Below are positions 58,341 through 64,000 of a stretch of DNA of 64,000 nucleotides, one piece after another. Origin of the DNA: Histomonas meleagridis 2922-C6/04-290x. Lineage: Eukaryota; Protista; Parabasalia. The stretch is taken from positions 248,001-312,000 of the forward strand of contig JAANOX010000218.1 in the NCBI GenBank assembly GCA_020184695.1, read 5' to 3'. Within the stretch, counting starts at the first letter, position 1. Each line of letters starts with the position of its first letter. The translations under genes were made by a program, and so were the position numbers. The notes beneath the pieces were generated by a model. The model was not told where the DNA came from, did not search any database, and saw only the letters and a list, made by a program, of their open reading frames with translations.

Positions 58341-59057
58341 ATGAAAAAATTGAACAATAATACAAAAAGAAATCAACCTGTAACATATGAAGAAATCAAT
58401 CAATTAAAAGTAAAGAAAAATGAGCTTATTGAAGAAAAGAAAACATTAAAGACTAAAATCGCACGATTACAAATCCAAAACAAAAAAGGAAATAGAACTG
58501 GATACACAGGTCAAAGTTTGGTTGATAGGCTTGAAAAATATAAAAACACACTTGAATTAATAGTTGAAAATCAAAAAAAAGATTTAAAAAAAATCAAAAA
58601 AAGTGATAGTGCTGCCTTATGTTTCGAACTCCAAGAAGAAGCAAAACTTGTTTTTCTTGAAAAAATTCGATCAATTGATGAACAGGTTGAAAAGAGGCGT
58701 CAATTAAATCAATCAGAGAAAATAATAGAATCTCTTCAAAACGAGTACAGTACGAAAGCAATTAATGCGCAAAAGGAAAAAATTCAATTCCTTGCATCTA
58801 AGCTCAAAAAGTGTAATTTAGCAAATCAAAAACTCCAACAGAAAATCAATGATGCCAAAATGGAGAGCTCAAATGAGACAGAAGCTTACGAAATGGAAGT
58901 ATCCAAACGAGCGCGCTTACTTAAGTATCGAATTGAACAGATGAAAAATGCACGAAAAGCGAATGAGCGCCAATACAACGAAAACATTACAGAACACGAA
59001 ATGGTAATCCAAGAGCTACGAAAACGGTATGGGCTGCATGACGAGGAGAGTCAATAA
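58341..59057 (+). CDS. Coiled-coil hypothetical protein
   Basis: 238-aa ATG ORF, K/E/Q-rich. Confidence 0.75.
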   Translation: MKKLNNNTKRNQPVTYEEINQLKVKKNELIEEKKTLKTKIARLQIQNKKGNRTGYTGQSLVDRLEKYKNTLELIVENQKKDLKKIKKSDSAALCFELQEEAKLVFLEKIRSIDEQVEKRRQLNQSEKIIESLQNEYSTKAINAQKEKIQFLASKLKKCNLANQKLQQKINDAKMESSNETEAYEMEVSKRARLLKYRIEQMKNARKANERQYNENITEHEMVIQELRKRYGLHDEESQ

Positions 59058-59163
59058 GTCACAGATTATTTGTATAATAAAATATATTTAAAGACTTAAT
59101 CACTTTAACATATAAAAACAAAATAATTTGCCTTAAATTGAGTTTTTATAATGTAACTAATCA

Positions 59164-62100
59164 TTACATTGTTGGCTCGAACTCAGAGAAGCCTCCGGGC
59201 TTCGATCTCTTCTTGAGGATAACAATCACAACAACCACAACGATTATGATCACTGCGACTGGCACGCAAACGCCGATTGCAATTTTGGCGCCTGTGGACA
59301 TTCCCTTTGAACCTTCCGAAGTCGAAGTCGCAGGAGAAGGCGTTGGCTGTGGCGTTGGTTCCTGTGTTGGTTCTTGTGTTGGCTCTTGAGTTGGTTCTTG
59401 TGTTGGTTCTTGTGTTGGCTCTTGAGTTGGTTCTTGTGTTGGCTCTTGTGTTGGTTCTTGAGTTGGTTCTTGTGTTGGTTCTTGTGTTGGCTCTTGTGTT
59501 GGTTCTTGAGTTGGTTCTTGTGTTGGTTCTTGTGTTGGTTCTTGTGTTGGTTCTTGTGTTGGTTCTTGTGTTGGTTCTTGTGTTGGTTCTTGTGTTGGTT
59601 CTTGTGTTGGTTCTTGTGTTGGCTCTTGCGTTGGTTCTTGTGTTGGTTCTTGTGTTGGTTCTTGTGTTGGCTCTTGTGTTGGCTCTTGAGTTGGTTCTTG
59701 TGTTGGCTCTTGAGTTGGTTCTTGTGTTGGCTCCTGCGTCGGCTCTTGTGTGGGTTCAGGCGTTGAAGGACACTCCTGATATAATCCAACAGATGCTGTC
59801 AAGCCACAGAACGTTTTTTCTTGGTATTCTTCGCTAACGAAAACTTTGTCGGCCATAATATTAGCGAATGCATCTTGGCCAAATTGTGGCTGTGTTTTAC
59901 CGTAGTAATAAATGCATTGAAGTTGTTGGCAATATAGGAATGCACCTTCACCAATGTATTGGACTCCAGATCCTAATCTTAATGTAACCAAAAGTAGATT
60001 ACTAATGAATGCATAAATGTGAATCTGTGTTGTAGCATTTGGAATAGTAATTTCGGTAAGGTTATAGCAATAAGAAAACGCACCTCCTTGAATTTCTTTA
60101 GTGTTCTGATATAATAAAGCATTTAATAAATAAAAACATGAACTAAATGTTGACATTTCGATTTGTTCTACAGTTGATTTAGAAAGATCGAGATAATAAA
60201 GGTTTGCATTAAAGAATGAGAATTGTTCGATCTTATTAAGTTCTGCATGAGCAACATAACTCTTGTTAATTCTGTTTTGTGGATAAGCAATTAAATGATT
60301 TAATGATTTGTTATACAAAACACCATCATTTTGATAATTGGAATAATATTTGTTAGCTGGATCAACTTCGATTGCTTCAAGTTTCGATGCCATTTGTGTA
60401 ATGTTTTCTCCAATCGTTTCAACTGTTGATGGGATATTAAGTTTCTTAAGTTTTTCGCAAAGTTGGAAACAATAATGTCCAATAGTTTTTAATCCTTCAT
60501 TTAATGTAATCGTTGTTAAGCTCATACATGAACCAAATGCATATCCATCAATGAGAGTAATTGTTGATGGAATATTAATATTAAGTAAAGATGAACACTC
60601 CAAAAATGCACTGTTTCCAATGCTTTGTAATCCTTCATTTAATATAACTGTTTGAAGTTTTGTACAATAATAAAATGCTTCAGTTGAAATTGTGTTAACA
60701 TGAGAACCGAAACTAACAGTCTCTAATCTTGTGCAATGTGAAAATCCATTCGAAGGAATTAGTGTAACGCCATTACCAATAGTAACTGTACCTAAATTTT
60801 CACATGTGAAAAATACATAACTGCCCAAACTATCGACTGAATCTGGTAATGTTATTTCTGTTAAACCTGATTGTGTAAATGCGTATTCATAAATTTCTTG
60901 AAGAGTATTCGGTAAATTAATTCCTTTGAGACTAGTACAATGTTGAAATGCTCCATCATTAATGAGAGTTAATCCTTCTGAAAGTGTTACATTACTTAAT
61001 TTGAAACACATTTGGAATGTATATTCATATATTTCAGTAATTGTGTTTGGTATTACAATTTCTATTAAACCACATAAACTAAATGCACCATTTTGAATAC
61101 TTTTGATGCTTGTGCCAAGATTTATGGTTGGGAAACTACAATTTAAGAATGCATATGAACCAATTTCTTGAATATTACCATTAACATTTACTTCTTTTAG
61201 TTCATGACAATGATAAAATGCTTGTGCGGCTATTTTAAGATCGGAATTAATATTAAGTGTCTTAAGTGTGAAACAATATGAAAATGCATAATCATTTATT
61301 ATTGTTGTAGTGTTTGGTAATGTAATTGATTCAAGTGATGAACAAATTGTAAATGCATTACTACCAATCGTTTGAAGACTTTCACCAAAATCAACTGTTG
61401 TTAATGATGTACAATTCATAAATGAAAACATTTCAATCGTAGTAACTTTCTTTAAAACAATAGATTTAAGTGAAGTACATTGTGAAAAGCTTTGATATTT
61501 GATCACTTCAATATTTTCTCCTAATTGAACATCTGTTAATGAATAACAATCATAAAATGCATATGATAGAAGTTGTGTAACTCCATTTCCAATTGTAACT
61601 GATTTGAGTGATGAACAATATGCACACACGCCATCGCCCATTTGAGTAGTTGCATCTGGAATAGAAATAGATTCCAAAGAAGTACAATTACTAAACACAA
61701 GAGTTGAAAGTGATTTAAGTGTTGATGGAAGTGAAATACTCACTAAGTATATACAATTTTCAAATGCATTATTATTAATTGAAGATAATATTGATTCGCT
61801 TAAATCAACAGATTTTAATCCAGATTTTGTAAATGCATTAGAATCAATAATTTCAATGTTATTATTAAATTGATATGATTCTAATGAATAACAATCTTGA
61901 AATGCATTATTTGGAATTTGTTTAATATTAATTCCACCATTAACTGATTGTAAATGAATTGATGAATAAAATGCATATTGTTTAATTTCAGTAACAGAAT
62001 CAATGATTGTAAATGTTGTACGTGTATTTCCTAATGGATAGAAATAAATTATTGAATAATTCTTATCATAAATTACACCATCGGAATTATAATTAGCAAA

Positions 62101-63426
62101 ATCTTTATTATTCTCATCAATTACAACAGATTCTAAACTTTGGCATTGATAAAATACGAAAAATTCGATTGTATTAACTGCTGCAGGAATTGTAATTGAT
62201 TTTAATGATGTACATAATTGGAATGCATTAGAACGAATGATTTGAATTGATTCACTAAGTGTTACTGTTGTCAAATTATAACATCCTTTAAATGTATTAG
62301 TTTCAATTGTTGTGATCTTTGTTGAAGCAAAAACTATTTTTTCTAAACTTGTGCAATTAAGGAATGATGAACTTCCAAGTGAAATAACATTCTCTGGAAG
62401 TGTCATTTCTTTAAGTGAATGACAATCTGTAAATGCATAATCGCCAATGGTAGTAATCGATGTTGGAAGTGTAATAGGATTCAAACTTATACATTTCTCA
62501 AACGCATGGTTTCCAATTGTTATGATGCTGGTTGGAATTTCAAATACAGAAAGTTGAACGCATCCATGGAACATATAATCGTTAATTGTGTCAATGGATT
62601 CACCATTAAATTTGACTGTCTGTAAACTTGAGCATGAATCAAATAAATGCGTTCCAATGGTTTCTACACTATTTGGTAGTTCAATAATTGCTAATGAAGA
62701 ACATCCACTAAATGCATAATCACCAATTGATGTGACTTGAATTGAAATTGTTACACTTGTTAAGTTTGAACATGAACGAAATGTTTCGGATTCAATTTTG
62801 GTGACTAATTCTGGAATTGTAATTTGTGATATAGATGAACAACCACTAAAACAGCCACTATCAATCACTGAAACTGTACTTGGAATTGTAATATCGGAAA
62901 GTGATGAACATTGGTAAAATGCTTTTGCACCAAATGATGTTACTTCACCTTTAAATGTAATTGACTTAAGCTTATAAAATGATGAAAATGTATCGTCTTC
63001 TATGTCTGTGATAACAGAACCTAGTGTGACAATTTCTAAGGAATTTGAGAAATATGACACTATGGTTTTGAGAGGGATATTTTTGGTGTAAACAGTAAGG
63101 TTCTTTACGTTCGTGTAAGTAAAGGCATTGCTAGCGAAGCTGGTGACGTTTTCACCAATGATAACTGTCGCTAAATTTGAACAATGATAAAAAGCATGAG
63201 AGTTAATATTGGCTACAGAATTTCCAATTTCAACTGACTCTAATAAATCCCAGTATTCAAAGGCATTAACTCCAATTGTTATAACATTTTCCCCAAAGAT
63301 GATATGCTTTGTAGCATTTTTGTAATCATCATAATCACCTTGAGCTATTGTTTCAACATCATGGATTACCAAGGTGTCATCTGCTGATAATATATTGGAT
63401 GACAGCAGCAATAAAAGAGAAATCAT
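59164..63426 (-). CDS. Large BspA-like LRR surface protein with a (TQEP)33 stalk, TM helix and short tail
   Basis: ATG 63426 with signal peptide MISLLLLLSS; dozens of TpLRRs; TM 'IAIGVCVPVAVIIIVVVVVIVIL'; tail KKRSKPGGFSEFEPTM. Confidence 0.92.
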   Translation of the reverse strand: MISLLLLLSSNILSADDTLVIHDVETIAQGDYDDYKNATKHIIFGENVITIGVNAFEYWDLLESVEIGNSVANINSHAFYHCSNLATVIIGENVTSFASNAFTYTNVKNLTVYTKNIPLKTIVSYFSNSLEIVTLGSVITDIEDDTFSSFYKLKSITFKGEVTSFGAKAFYQCSSLSDITIPSTVSVIDSGCFSGCSSISQITIPELVTKIESETFRSCSNLTSVTISIQVTSIGDYAFSGCSSLAIIELPNSVETIGTHLFDSCSSLQTVKFNGESIDTINDYMFHGCVQLSVFEIPTSIITIGNHAFEKCISLNPITLPTSITTIGDYAFTDCHSLKEMTLPENVISLGSSSFLNCTSLEKIVFASTKITTIETNTFKGCYNLTTVTLSESIQIIRSNAFQLCTSLKSITIPAAVNTIEFFVFYQCQSLESVVIDENNKDFANYNSDGVIYDKNYSIIYFYPLGNTRTTFTIIDSVTEIKQYAFYSSIHLQSVNGGINIKQIPNNAFQDCYSLESYQFNNNIEIIDSNAFTKSGLKSVDLSESILSSINNNAFENCIYLVSISLPSTLKSLSTLVFSNCTSLESISIPDATTQMGDGVCAYCSSLKSVTIGNGVTQLLSYAFYDCYSLTDVQLGENIEVIKYQSFSQCTSLKSIVLKKVTTIEMFSFMNCTSLTTVDFGESLQTIGSNAFTICSSLESITLPNTTTIINDYAFSYCFTLKTLNINSDLKIAAQAFYHCHELKEVNVNGNIQEIGSYAFLNCSFPTINLGTSIKSIQNGAFSLCGLIEIVIPNTITEIYEYTFQMCFKLSNVTLSEGLTLINDGAFQHCTSLKGINLPNTLQEIYEYAFTQSGLTEITLPDSVDSLGSYVFFTCENLGTVTIGNGVTLIPSNGFSHCTRLETVSFGSHVNTISTEAFYYCTKLQTVILNEGLQSIGNSAFLECSSLLNINIPSTITLIDGYAFGSCMSLTTITLNEGLKTIGHYCFQLCEKLKKLNIPSTVETIGENITQMASKLEAIEVDPANKYYSNYQNDGVLYNKSLNHLIAYPQNRINKSYVAHAELNKIEQFSFFNANLYYLDLSKSTVEQIEMSTFSSCFYLLNALLYQNTKEIQGGAFSYCYNLTEITIPNATTQIHIYAFISNLLLVTLRLGSGVQYIGEGAFLYCQQLQCIYYYGKTQPQFGQDAFANIMADKVFVSEEYQEKTFCGLTASVGLYQECPSTPEPTQEPTQEPTQEPTQEPTQEPTQEPTQEPTQEPTQEPTQEPTQEPTQEPTQEPTQEPTQEPTQEPTQEPTQEPTQEPTQEPTQEPTQEPTQEPTQEPTQEPTQEPTQEPTQEPTQEPTQEPTQEPTQEPTQEPTPQPTPSPATSTSEGSKGMSTGAKIAIGVCVPVAVIIIVVVVVIVILKKRSKPGGFSEFEPTM
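59356..59751 (-). repeat. 12-bp coding tandem repeat, 33 x TQEP
   Basis: 396 bp = 33 units; synonymous variation between units. Confidence 0.95.
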
Positions 63427-63821
63427 CCAAAAAAATGAAACAATCAGACGGTTAATTGACAATTGCTGTGCATTCAATTTTCATCACAAAATTGGCAAGC
63501 TATATTCGACGATACAAAATAAACGTTTATTGGTGAAATTGGTTCATAACGGTTCGTTTTAAAAATGCTTCATTTAAAATGTCTAATACTCCAAATTTAG
63601 AATGCGTGCTGATATCAGAATAAATGTGAAACGCAAAATTTAAATTCTTGTTATAAAGTAATTCTCCAAATTTAATGTTTTTCACCTTTAAGATTCCAAG
63701 CACCCAAAAGAAAACATTTATAGGAAATCTTGTAGTTTGTAATCTAAAATTATTTCCTAACAAAGGTATTTAGTGTATATATATATAATATTTACTTAAA
63801 ATTAAATACAATTTATATTTC

Positions 63822-64000
63822 TTAAGATTCGTCTGAGTCAGATTCCGAATCCGTTTCTGTTTCGGTTGAAGTTGTTGATGTGTCAGTATTTGTATCTGTT
63901 GATGAGTCATCAGTTCCTTCCGTTTCACTCGAGAACGCGCTTGAACTTGGCCTTTTCTCGGCCAGCCTTGCGGTAATTCTCTTCAGCTCTTCGTTTAATA
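63822..64000 (-). CDS. 3' end of a gene truncated by the window edge (acidic Ser/Thr-rich tail)
   Basis: ...LNEELKRITARLAEKRPSSSAFSSETEGTDDSS...DSDES* with TAA at 63824-63822. Confidence 0.7.
   Translation of the reverse strand, partial: LNEELKRITARLAEKRPSSSAFSSETEGTDDSSTDTNTDTSTTSTETETDSESDSDES

Noticed and set aside
59250-59837. ORFs NQHK..., VLVL..., CWFL... overlapping the BspA stalk
   Set aside because: Alternative frames of the stop-free 12-bp TQEP repeat.
1-64000. tRNA, rRNA or snoRNA genes; individual Myb-type (AACCGTT-like) promoter sites
   Set aside because: No cloverleaf or rRNA-like segment recognised; the short motifs occur near several promoters but are too short to support individually.

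Overview
AT-rich, gene-dense eukaryotic DNA, almost certainly from a parabasalid (Tritrichomonas/Histomonas/Trichomonas-like). The support is an initiator-binding-domain (IBD) gene, BspA-type surface proteins, DUF3447-like ankyrin genes and one GTATGT...CTAACCACAG intron. Housekeeping genes (Rpt4, Vps29, YEATS, Furry/Tao3-like, amino-acid transporter, PP2C, ELMO, UGGT-like, karyopherin-like) are interleaved with accessory genes, pseudogenes and one P-element-like transposon whose empty paralogous site lies in the window. The standout feature is a set of ankyrin-repeat genes (6076-8558, 21882-23541, 43912-46816, 53578-55025, plus two fragments). Nearly every ankyrin repeat is cut at the same position (after ...D-I/V-N-x-K-D) by an AT-rich, stop-containing spacer. 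Of 30 junctions I measured by hand, 18 are exactly 80 nt from the D codon to the next T codon. The spacers lack the GT...CTAAC...AG signals of the canonical intron in this window, yet the ~90-nt coding cassettes between them stay stop-free in three arrays and each array ends in a terminal exon with its own stop. This looks like an uncharacterised processing system (non-canonical splicing, ribosomal bypass or DNA cassette excision). The null model, an amplified dead insertion, is not excluded. All product calls are from motif recognition only; no database searches were run.
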